A stretch of DNA of 64,000 bases, taken from the NCBI GenBank assembly GCA_043228905.1, contig JBHGNT010000006.1:3968001-4032000 (forward strand), written 5' to 3'. The stretch is from Azolla caroliniana (taxonomy: Eukaryota > Plantae > Polypodiophyta). The translations under genes were made by a program, and so were the position numbers. The notes under the pieces were generated by a model, which searched no databases, was not told the DNA's origin, and was given only the letters and a program-made list of their open reading frames with translations. Position 1 is the first letter of the stretch; each line of letters begins with the position of its first letter. This document shows positions 34,607 through 45,850 of the stretch, in pieces.

Positions 34607-35880
34607 TGTTGTCTGCCGGAATAGTAACCGACGACCAAAAGCGTAGGAATAAGAAACTATATAAAGCGTAACGTATGTAACTATTCACGCGGGTACGCGT
34701 GAACGACTAATTAGACCCTGCATATATAAAGGGCAGAAAACCTCGTAAGGAGGTGCATGTAAATTCTAGGAATTGTAAAAGAACGCTTGATAATAGAATA
34801 CTATCTTCTCTGAGTTTTTGTGTATAGCTACGGCTAATTTAGTGTCTGTGTCTCGGATACGTAATCGTAGTAGTACGTAAGCGCAACCTGTGATAAGGAG
34901 TCGGTTGTAGCCGTATCCCCTTACACACGGAGGAATCACAGAGGTTCTCTCCTTACGTAGTACGATTAAGCTCTGTTCGTTGTTCCACACCCACCTTGGG
35001 GTCTAGGTCGAAGGACTGACCACGGACCATGTATCCTAAGAGGCAACACTTTTGGCACGCTTAGTGATCTGTGTTTCCTCATAGACGAGCAACAACGAAT
35101 GGATGTTTAGCTGCAAACGACTCAGAGAACCAACAAGACAAGACCGGCCAGTAACAAGGTTCGTCACACGCCAGGCAGAAGAACATGCTCGGCAAAAGCC
35201 ACGCATCGGCGACCCCAGTAATACCTGCCAGGAGCGCAAAGAGGAGTCCTTGCTCCCCAAATACCTCGACGAGGCGAGGGGACCACGCTTACCGCAGCCT
35301 CCCGGTGACCTTCTCCGATCCGCCGTAGCTCCCACGATGGCCTTTGCCTACCCCCGCTTTAACGGCGAAACCGACACCGCAATTCATGTTCGCATGTTCT
35401 TGAACGTTTGGAATGTGAACCACATGGCACAGAACCTTTCCGAGATGGTGGCACACCAGTCGAAAATGACGGAGTTCGGATTAACATTAGATGGGTGTGC
35501 GGCGTTCTGGCATTCATAGATGGATTTACCGGCCATAACAACCTTCGATCAGCTCTAGTCCGCCTTCTTGCGTTTTTTTCACCGGAGGGTTCCACAACGC
35601 GAGATTCTCGGGCAGTTTTATACAATTAAGCAACTACCGACCGAGACAATAGCAGACTTCAGCTTACGGTTCCAAAATTTACGACGAAAACTGGATCGAA
35701 GCCTTGCGGAGGAGGAGGCACGGGAAACATTTCTGGCAGCGTTACGCCGGCCCATCAGGGCAACGCTCAACAGCAATAACGTGAAAGGGGAAACGACGGA
35801 TATGGTGATTGAACGAGCGTTACAGCTCGAGTTGGATGACGAGGAGGAGAGGTTTTCAATGTCATCCTTACGACAAGCGT
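34607..35880 (+). mobile_element. Element E: non-chromoviral Ty3/Gypsy 5' fragment (same family as F), inserted in element B gag
   Basis: LTR TGTTG...CAACA 34607-35048 homologous to 57172-57618; PBS TGGCACGCTTAGTG (Arg-like); retrotransposon gag FFHRRVPQREILGQFYTIKQ, cut at 35880. Confidence 0.9.
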
Positions 35881-36015
35881 TGTCGGGGTAGTTGTGGTTC
35901 GTGCGACGAAGTCGCGGGGACTAAGGTTAAGGGGAGTTGAAGAAACTTAAGTTTAATAAGGCTTGTATGGTGATGATAGAATGGTTAAGGATAGTAAGAT
36001 GAAGAGTTACAAGTA

Positions 36016-36084
<69 letters not shown>

Positions 36085-36181
36085 GAGCATAGATAAAAGA
36101 TAGAGACAATGTATGATTCAAGAAAGAAGATTGAGACAAAGTATGATTCTAGAAAGAAGATTGAGACAAAGTATGATTCAA
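36016..36181. repeat. (TG)n(AG)n microsatellite and ~2.7 copies of a 30-bp tandem repeat inside the element C LTR (also 42572-42737)
   Basis: AGAAAGAAGATTGAGACAAAGTATGATTC(T/A) repeated. Confidence 0.9.
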
Positions 36182-36581
36182 TGAACAAGAGTATATGATA
36201 TAAACATGATGTATATTAAAAATATAATATTTTACCAACTTTACAATCCTTGATCGCAAGATGAATCTTTTCAATACCGACCCTTGATTTGAACCCTCGA
36301 CCTCAACTTCGAAACGAGAGGTTCTCCACCCAATGAGCTAGTCTTCTTCAATTGATTGTATTATTTTTTCACTCTCTCTTGATTCCTTGATTCCCTTTTG
36401 TTTTCCTTTCCTCTCTTTTTATAAGTATTTCCATGCATATGGTAATGTCATGCATGAGTTACATTTGATGCATGATCGCCATTTGGCGCACATGCATTGC
36501 ATGTGATGCATGATAGCCATCATGCTCATTTGAGCTCCCATGTATTGGGATAAGTATAATGATGGATATAACCCTAAAACA

Positions 36582-36790
36582 AATAACCTAGCTTAGTGGT
36601 GTATGGTTTGTGCTTGATATACAAGGTTGAGGGTTCAAGTCCCTCAATTTTACTTAATACAATATATAGCTTCATTCTTATATCATGAAGCACATTTATT
36701 ACATAATTTTACAAATAAATAGCCTAGCCTAGTGGTATGTACATTGTACATCGTATATAAGGATGTGGGTTCAAGTCTCTCCAATATTAT
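36582..36790 (+). other. Two tandem tRNA-like (Pol III A/B-box) modules in the element C LTR; copies at 43138-43346
   Basis: A-boxes TAGCTTAGTGG (36589) and TAGCCTAGTGG (36725); anticodon-like arms TTGTG-CTTGATA-TACAA and TTGTA-CATCGTA-TATAA; T-arm GAGGG-TTCAAGT-CCCTC; TTTT at 36648; no acceptor stem. Confidence 0.75.
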
Positions 36791-36835
36791 TAAATACAAC
36801 ATTTAAGCTCATTTTTATATCGTGAAGCACATTCT

Positions 36836-39800
36836 TCACGACACCCACCCCCTCTGAACTTGCACATTGGTTGTGCAGAGTTCATCCAACACTTCTTCCG
36901 ATTCTTTTAGTTCTTCTACTTCTTCATAAAATTCAGGCTCTAATGACTCCCTCCTTTTAAATATTTTAATCCTTTTTCCTGCAATTGGGATACGAATTTC
37001 TGTCCCATCTAATTCATTGAGGAAATATGTGGCTTTATCTGTTATTTTCCTAACTTCATAAGGTCCAAACCATCTTTTTGCAAACTTCCGAATAGTACTG
37101 TATTGATTATCTAGGCTATTATCATATACTAATACCCAATCTCCCTCTTGCACCTTTCTTGGTCGTATTCTTTTCATCTTGTCAAATCTGTCCTTATTCT
37201 TGATTCTTGCCTCTTTCAATCTAGTAGCTGCTTTTTCTATGTCTTCTATCCTTGATTGAAGTTGTCGTATTCGAACCGCAAGTAAATCTTCCCTACTCAT
37301 TTCCGATTCCCAAGGCAACACAGCCCATGTAGTTATCTTTTCTTCAATTGGCATTATTGGCTTCTGTCATGTGATTAATTCTGCAAGCATATATCCAGTA
37401 ACAGTGCTGTGAGTTGTCCTATCAGCCCATAGTGCATAGGGTAAGGTTTTTGGCCAATCACTAACCCGTCCTCTACATGCCTTTGCCAAAGCTTTGACTA
37501 TTGCCCATGTCCCCTTTCTACCTTTCCATTAGCTTTTGGATTGTACGCCGTTGTCAAAGAAAGCCGAATTCCTATTTTGTCGAAAAAATCTTGAGCTTCC
37601 GCAGAATTGAGTTCTCCCCTATCTGCCACTATCTTCCCGATACATCCATATCTACAAACAATGTCCTCCAAGATGAATTGACATACTCCTAATGTCCCTT
37701 TTGTTCTCAATGAACGACCTTCCACTTGATTTGTTAGATCTTCTCTAGCAAGAACCAAGTATCTCTTTTGTCCTACTCCAAGTGGCATTGTTACCAAATC
37801 TATCATCCACTTGTAATGCACCCCCGGTGAGTATGTTGGGTGTAATTCATCACAAAATTTTACATTTGAATAATATTGACAAGTGGGACAAGTTTCCACA
37901 TACTTTTTTATTTGCTCATAGTATCGAGGCCACCAAAATCGTTCTTTAATCTTACTGAAAGTGGCCCACACTCCTCGATGACCAGCCCATTCTTTGTCAT
38001 GCAGCTCTTTGATTATCTCCTTTCTTTGCCCTTCAGAACCTATTACTCTTTGCGGGTTTCCAGTCTTGGTTTTCGGATGTCGCCATAGATATCCTTCATG
38101 CAGGAAGAACTTATGGGCTTTCTTGCGAAACTGTGCGAACTCTTTTCCATATCGACCTTTGTACTTGTCAGGGGTTTGTAGGTATTTCCCTATTTCCTTG
38201 AATTCTTCTTCATACTCCTCTTCTAGAAACTACATTCCTCCTTCCCGAGTAATGCTTGTGGTAAGGACTGTTTGTTCTTTGTCCTCATCGTCCGAGTCTG
38301 GAATCTCCTCTTCCTTATACCTTGCTCTTGATAACATATCTGCTACTGCATTTCTATTCCCAGAGATATGTCGAACTTCAGGGTTGATTGATCTAATATA
38401 GATACACCATCTTAACATGGCTTGATCTGGAATATCACAATTAGCTACGATACCCAGAATAGGCAAACAATCTGTTTCTATTATTACTTCAGCACCAATT
38501 AAGTAATCTCTGTCAGTCTTTACAGCTGTTACTATCCCCCATAGCTCTCTTTTCACATGTGCATATTTTCTTTGTCGACCACTAAGAACCTTTGCCCCGA
38601 ATCAGACTGGATACCTTTCTTCCCTATCTTGTTGGCTTATCACCCATCCAATTCCAATGGGACTAGAGTCTACTGTGAGATATATGGGCCGGGTGTAGTC
38701 TGGTTGCTTTAATGGTGGAGCTTGTGCCAAGTAGTACTTCAATTTCTTCATTGCCTCTGAATGCTCTTCACTCCATTCAAATGTCTCTCCTTTTCTTAGG
38801 AGTCTATATAAAGGTTCAGATAAATGGGCATAATGCGGAATCCATTTACAGTAAAAAACACATACCCCCAGAAACCTTCGTACTTCTGAGATGGATGTAC
38901 ATTCCTCTTGCATATTTTGAATTGCATTGACCTTGGTTGGGGATGGCTTTCTCCCATACGGGCCACACATATGACCAACTATTAATATCTCTTTTGCCCC
39001 AAATATTGACTTCGCCCCTGATAAGGTCAAATGCACTTCTTCCATCCTTGATAGCACCTTCTCACAATCCTTGATATGATCAGCAATGAATTGACGGCAA
39101 CCACTTTCGTCCAATTCCTCGTTCTTCTCTTCCTCCTTGCATCCCTTAATTGGAACATCATCTAGAAAAGGCATTGTAATATGAGGAATAAAATCACGAA
39201 GTACCTTGTTCATTCCATTCATCATATGCGCCACTGAGTTGGTTGCTCCTTGCGGCAAGGTGCACATCCGTACTAACCCTATAGGTGTCTTGATAGAAGT
39301 TATATCTCGACTTTTGATAGCAAGTTGAAATTGATCATACCCGGAATAAAGGTCTCCCATTGAATATATAGCTCTTCCTGCAAACATCTCAGCAAACTCA
39401 TCCACAATTGGCCCTACTCCCGAGTTTCGGATTGTTACCTTATTCACGGGTTGCATATCTTGGATAAATTGGAGTCGCCCATCTTTCTTTAACACAGTGA
39501 ACCATCGACTCGAGTAAGGAGCGTTCGATGGTTCCAAGATACCCATCCTTATCTTTTCTTTCAAAAGTTCTAATAGTTGAGGGATTCTAGCCCTAGGCAT
39601 GGGTATTGGCTTAAAGTTCCATGGAATATGAGGAATAGTGAATATAACCATGGGCTCCACAATTTCTGGATCCACACACCCTATTTCTTCCGGTTGGAAT
39701 GCGAACGCCTTTCCATGCCTTTTTAACATCTCCCTGAACTGCTTTTCTTCAGCGGGTAATAGGAAGTCACCCCCTCCTATTTTCATCCCTTGTATTGTTT

Positions 39801-40299
39801 CCGGAGTAAACACATGTCCTACCTTTCGTGGGTCTCTGATCATTGGCTCTGTGGCTGCTTCTTTGATTGCCTTTTCACTATCCCCTGGAAGTGGAGCAGC
39901 AATAGGACGAACCTTCTTCTCCACTGTCTTGTACTTTGTTAGTACATGTGCTTCATGATCCTTTCGAACAACTTCTTCAATGACCTCATACATCTTGATT
40001 GAATGGACAGGAACTTGGATTTCGTTGTCTTCTTCCATTGCTTCCAAATGAGTTATTGTATCTTCAAAACTTAATTCTTCAAACATATCCTGAATTTCTT
40101 CATCATCATCTATTAATCAAGAACACTTAAAGTACTCGAAAGCATTTTGTATTTTATTATTATTTACTTTTAGTATAAAAGTAGCACCATTAGATGAGAT
40201 TGTACAAGGAATATCTTTATTTACATTATTATTTATGAGGTTTTCTTTTATGCTCGGGCTATCACAGCCCCTACCTGTAAAAGCCCTATCTAAAAATCC
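36836..40299 (-). pseudogene. Element C ORF2 RT-RNaseH-integrase, in the -1 frame relative to ORF1
   Basis: ORFs 38602-40086, 38230-38556 and 37498-37971 share a frame; 36836-37354 follows a frameshift; the frame reads back to GGA at 40299 with one TGA. Confidence 0.9.
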
Positions 40300-42397
40300 T
40301 GGGAAAACTCTTCATCCATCTCTTGAATTGGATGTTCCCTCAAGCATTCTTTGTTTCTTTCATGGTTGGGCCTCACGGTTAAGAATTGGACAGTCTTTCT
40401 TCCATCTTGACTCTTGATTCTCGCAAAAGCCGAACCATCATCAATAACCTTTGTTTCCATCCTCACTGCGGTGATGTAGGGCTGGCCAAGGATGACGGGG
40501 TAGGTTGATCGATCCTGCACAAAGAAATTTTGATTCACCGAGACATCACCAATTGTTACCTTCACACTCGGACATGCTCCGAATAGATCCTCCGTAGTTT
40601 CTATGGCAGCTCTTATTTTCCACCCATGATTCTTGTCGATCGGCCATCGTCCTCGAGCGTAAAATTCCGATGACATCATGTTAATCTCTGACCCATGATC
40701 GATCAAAGCAATACATGGAATTTGCTGCTCCCCAATTTTTGCAGGTGCCTCCGATGTTGCTCGAGCCCAATGGTCCCTTGTATAGTGACTCCTATCCCCT
40801 TCATGGACGCCAACATCATTCTGGTTTTTTACACTTGCAGCATTGATGGTGCCACCATACAAATCTTGGAGTGTTGCTGCACACCCTCCCGTAATTTCCT
40901 CCGTCACCTGTCTCTTCCTTCTAATAATATCTATGATAACTTCATGAAATTCTTTCTTTGCTATACCCAACACTTCTCTTAAAGTAAATTCTACCTTACT
41001 ATTTAATATTCTTGTTTCTAGTACCTTTTTTATATCCGTCGTTGTTTCTATGTCTGAGGCAAGCTTGAAAGATGGGCCTGTCTTTCCTTTTACTTTATCA
41101 GCTTCCTTCGGCTCAATAGCACCCTTTTCCATCTCCCTTCTCTTTTGTTCTCATGTCTCATGTCTCTTTGTCAGATCAGCTTCCTCAGCTCTCTTCCGCT
41201 TCTCTTCCACTAGCACATCTTGTGCATTCACTTGGGCGAATGCTGATAGCACGTCTACTGGATCATTCCATCCAGTGAAGTTTCGTATTTCATCTCCCGT
41301 TCTTTTTAATTCATCCACTCGAACTTTCCCTTTTCTTGCATAATCCATCACATCTTGCCAAAAGCCAGATCCACCATATGAGTCTTCTACGCGCAATCCT
41401 AAGGTTGCCACGGATTGTATCGTTTGAGTCGTTTCTCTCTCGGCATCTTCCATTAGCCTTTTCATTCCTCCTCGCCCGAAGTTGAGTTGAAGTGGTTGTC
41501 GAGTCTCAGTTGAGTGAATCTTGCCATCTTGATAGTAGATTTTATTATGATTAAGAGCATCCCTATGCTCTTGACAATCTTTCTTCTGGTGGTCGATACT
41601 ATCACACCACATACACCTTCGGACCATTCCACCTCCCTGCCTTGATGAAGTTGAGCTTTGTCCCGATTCTAGCTTCGTCACTTTGATCGACAAGTCTTTC
41701 ATGCCTTTCACTAATTCGTGTAAGAGTGATTCTTCTACTTTCTTTTCTCCTGACTCGTTCCCCGTTTCTTCATCATTTCTGTCGGGCAACTCCATAAACC
41801 ATAACTTTCTTTTGCAGAAATGGGCGCACGCCCTTTTCACCTCCTCCCAATCTTCGGTAAGTCCACTTGGACTATTCTGATCTTCTAAAAGCATTCCCAA
41901 GTCCTTCCTGTCTTTAATATTAGTAGCTTGTAGAAACAATATTACTTTATCTGGCACTATTATATTTCTATCTCTAACATTTAGTTGCTCAAATCTTTCA
42001 GAAAACTCTTTTAATACTTCCAAAACACTTAAATGTTTATTAGACTCTACCAATCCATGAAAGCTCGCCTTGTCATCCTTGACATATCGTTGAGGTTGTA
42101 TTCATTCAGTAATGCCCTTTCGAATGTTGTCCATGTCTGATTCTCCCTTTGGAGCTCTTGGATCCTCTCTTGTAGCCCAATCGCAGCGACTCGACTAAAG
42201 CTATTAATTTTTGTAGCTTCGTCGACACCGCGTTTAAGCATTTCAGAAATCTTCAGAAATCTTGTTAAATTTATACCTTCGAAGATTCCTACTCGTGCGA
42301 GAATATTGTCGACGGCTTTGTCGATGCTTGCCATCATCCCTTGTTCCCGCATCACTCGTTCCATCATCGTACACATAAGCCTCATTTGCTCCTCCAT
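40290..42397 (-). pseudogene. Element C ORF1 gag-protease (one frameshift near 42050, one stop at 41151)
   Basis: ORFs 42047-42397, 41151-42053 and 40290-41132; the last two share a frame; Zn knuckle CMWCDSIDHQKKDC. Confidence 0.9.
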
Positions 42398-42571
42398 TTC
42401 TCCTCGTCGCCGCCTTCACGTCGGGTTCACCAAATGTGTCGGGGTAGTTGTGGTTCGTGCGGCGAAGTCGCGGGGACTAAGGTTAAGGGGAGTTGAAGAA
42501 ACTTAAGTTTAATAAGGCTTGTATGGCGATGATAGAATGGTTAAGGATAGTAAGATGAAGAGTTACAAGTA

Positions 42572-42643
<72 letters not shown>

Positions 42644-43399
42644 CATAGATAAAAGATAGAGACAATGTATGATTCAAGAAAGAAGATTGAGACAAAGTAT
42701 GATTCTAGAAAGAAGATTGAGACAAAGTATGATTCAAAGAACAAGAGTATATGATATAAACATGATGTATATTAAAAATATAATATTTTACCAACTTTAC
42801 AATCCTTGATCGCAAGATGAATCTTTTCAATACCGACCCTTGATTTGAACCCTCGACCTCAACTTCGAAACGAGAGGTTCTCCACCCAATGAGCTAGTCT
42901 TCTTCAATTGATTGTATTATTTTTTCACTCTCTCTTGATTCCTTGATTCCCTTTTGTTTTCCTTTCCTCTCTTTTTATAAGTATTTCCATGCATATGGTA
43001 ATGTCATGCATGAGTTACATTTGATGCATGATCGCCATTTGGCGCACATGCATTGCATGTGATGCATGATAGCCATCATGCTCATTTGAGCTCCCATGTA
43101 TTGGGATAAGTATAATGATGGATATAACCCTAAAACAAATAACCTAGCTTAGTGGTGTATGGTTTGTGCTTGATATACAAGGTTGAGGGTTCAAGTCCCT
43201 CAATTTTACTTAATACAATATATAGCTTCATTCTTATATCATGAAGCACATTTATTACATAATTTTACAAATAAATAGCCTAGCCTAGTGGTATGTACAT
43301 TGTACATCGTATATAAGGATGTGGGTTCAAGTCTCTCCAATATTATTAAATACAACATTTAAGCTCATTTTTATATCGTGAAGCACATTCTTCAGGACA

Positions 43400-44509
43400 G
43401 CGCATACGACAGCTCGAGCGAAAGCCGGAGGACGTGGAGTAGGCTGCAAGAAAGCTTTGGGTTGCAAGGACGAGGAACAAAGCCCGGTTCGACCGGACGC
43501 ACCGGCTCCGACCAAAGAAGATCGAGGAAGGCGATTGGGTGCTAGTCTACGACAGCAGCCTCGACAACCAGCACTGAGCGACACGGAAGTTCGCAAGAAG
43601 GTGGTTCGGGCCTTACGTGGTCCAAAGCGCCAACGACAATGGGACGTACCATCTGGCGGAACTCGACGGCACGAGAATGGCGATACCGGTAGCTGGGAAG
43701 CGGATCAAAGCGTTCAAGAAGCGTCACGACGACGAGCCGGATCCGGTTAACCTGGACCGTGACGACGAACGATCCGAAACCTAGGAAGAACCGACGGGCG
43801 GGGAATGGAGGCTGGACCGGTTTTCTCCGTCCCAACTCAATTTGGCGCATGCCGGTGGATGCGCGGTTAGGTGGGGGCGGATGTCGTGAAGAAAACCGTC
43901 CACAAGCGGAATCGGTGCACCGGAGCATAGGAACCGGCTCTTCATGCACGTACGCCTTATGTTGTACATAGAAGATCCTAGGTAGGTAGATTCAGTAGGT
44001 AGGAAGTTAATGGGAAACGGCTCCTTCCTTGCCTATAAAAAGAGGGAGACGAGGAGGGGGAAGGCATCGCGGAATCAGAGAGGACGAAGTGCTGTCGGGA
44101 TGCCGGTCGAAGGCTTCTCTCTCTTCCATACTCCGTAGCTTCTTTCTGTGCAGGTTTCGTGAGGCTCGCGCTGCTCTGAGGAATGCCCGAGTGCTTCCGG
44201 CAGCACCTCCAACCTACTCCTTTCTTTCTGAGCGTTTGCGAACAGGCATCGACATCTGTTCGCCGGCCTGTTCGGTTGTAACCGACTTCGTGCTTGTTGT
44301 TGTTTGTCTCTGTTAATATATACATACTTACCTTCGTGTCTCCCTGTGTTGGTTTCCCCCGCTCGCGTCTTCGTGTCGAAGGGCCGTGTCCCTGTGGATC
44401 TACGCTCGCACGTAGTGGGTCCCTTCCCTTCTCCTTTCTCTCTTGCTCTTCGGTACAAGACCCCCGAGGTCCCACCTCATTCCACACATCTGCGAGGAAT
44501 ACCTCGACA
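43400..44509 (+). mobile_element. Element G: 3' half (integrase tail, PPT, 3' LTR) of a D-family Gypsy
   Basis: Near-identical inverted match to 45851-46945; RIRQLERKPEDV...GDWVLVYDSSLD; PPT GTGGGGGCGGA; LTR TGTCGTGAAG...CTCGACA 43882-44509. Confidence 0.92.
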
Positions 44510-45275
44510 ACGTGGTCTTCAGCACCGCCCACAGTTGGGATTCCTTTGCATGGAGTTCTTCTAATTTCCTCATTTCATTGTTTAGGCGGATTTCGAGCTG
44601 ATGCCTTCTTTCCTGTTCGCCCACCAGCGGCTCGTTGAACCATACCTTCTTTTCTCCAATAAGGTCCGGAATCTCGCGATTGCCGCCTCCGATTTCTTCG
44701 CTTCCTCCCATAATTGGGCGTTTTCGTCTTTTGTCCGGATGTGTTGTGCTACCTCCGCAACGAGTTTCTCTTCAAGGGTTTTTACTGCCTTCCGGCCGTT
44801 AGCCCGGATCTCCTTTTCCCTGTCTGAGGATTGGCGCAGTTCAGCTCGAAGGCGGTCAATTTCTGATTCCACTAGTTGTACAACCCTTTTCGCTTTTGAG
44901 GCGATGGCAGTCTGAGCCTCAATTTCTTCCTTCAAAGCGTCGATGGCGTGGTTTGGTGGCGGAGTTGCCTGTTGCACCGTAGTCGCATTAGTTTCCAACT
45001 TCACAATGCATTTGTTGGCTTTTTGCAGCTCGACTTGGGTCAGTTTCACCTTCTTCCAAACATTGTTTTTTTTAATGGCCATCTCCTAGTCGCCCATGCT
45101 GACCTTTGCCAGTTCCCTATGGACTTCAACTAGGGCCGTGTTTAATGGGGGTAGCTCCATCCCCACTCGGTGTACACCAGCGTTCCTCTGTCTGCCGACC
45201 CTGGCTAGCCGGTCCTCATCGTCTCTCTCCGCCGTTTGTGTTAGGGCGCGCTCGATCATCTAGCGCTCTGTGTGC

Positions 45276-45375
45276 NNNNNNNNNNNNNNNNNNNNNNNNN
45301 NNNNNNNNNNNNNNNNNNNNNNNNNNNNNNNNNNNNNNNNNNNNNNNNNNNNNNNNNNNNNNNNNNNNNNNNNNN
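45276..45375. other. Assembly gap (100 N) with overlapping duplicated flanks
   Basis: 44941-45275 recurs at 45377-45710, differing by one G in a homopolymer. Confidence 0.97.
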
Positions 45376-45850
45376 ACGATGGCGTGGTTTGGTGGCGGAG
45401 TTGCCTGTTGCACCGTAGTCGCATTAGTTTCCAACTTCACAATGCATTTGTTGGCTTTTTGCAGCTCGACTTGGGTCAGTTTCACCTTCTTCCAAACATT
45501 GTTTTTTTTAATGGCCATCTCCTAGTCGCCCATGCTGACCTTTGCCAGTTCCCTATGGACTTCAACTAGGGCCGTGTTTAATGGGGTAGCTCCATCCCCA
45601 CTCGGTGTACACCAGCGTTCCTCTGTCTGCCGACCCTGGCTAGCCGGTCCTCATCGTCTCTCTCCGCCGTTTGTGTTAGGGCGCGCTCGATCATCTAGCG
45701 CTCTGTGTGCTCCTCGGCCATTCGTTGTGAGGCCTTTATTTGTTGTGTTGCCAGGATTTCCATGAGCTCAAATGAGGTTCCAAACTGCAAGAGGGCGTTG
45801 AACTCATGGGTCGTGTCCGGGATATCTGGATACGCCAAAACCTCGCTTCC

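Larger units (their letters stand above)
35881..43399 (-). mobile_element. Element C: Phygy/DUF4100-like Ty3/Gypsy, both LTRs present, no matching TSD
   Basis: 963-bp LTRs at 35881-36843 and 42437-43399, with about 5-6 differences by eye; Trp PBS 42415-42432; PPT AGAGGGGGTGGG 36844-36855; gag-DUF4100-like-PR (LIDHGSEIN) then RT (DLYSGYDQF, LPQGATNS, PFLDD), RH, INT (HYKWMIDL, ANGKVERGH). Confidence 0.95.

Noticed and set aside
36095-36181. CRISPR-like 30-bp repeats
   Set aside because: Head-to-tail tandem repeats with no spacers, in a eukaryotic LTR, with no cas genes.
36582-36655. Functional tRNA-Ser(TGA) gene
   Set aside because: No acceptor stem, no long Ser variable arm, and it sits in both LTRs; reported as a tRNA-like module instead.
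42040-42060. Programmed frameshift inside element C gag
   Set aside because: A single-G loss (TGG GTA to TGG TA); the homologous position in D is in frame, so this is decay.
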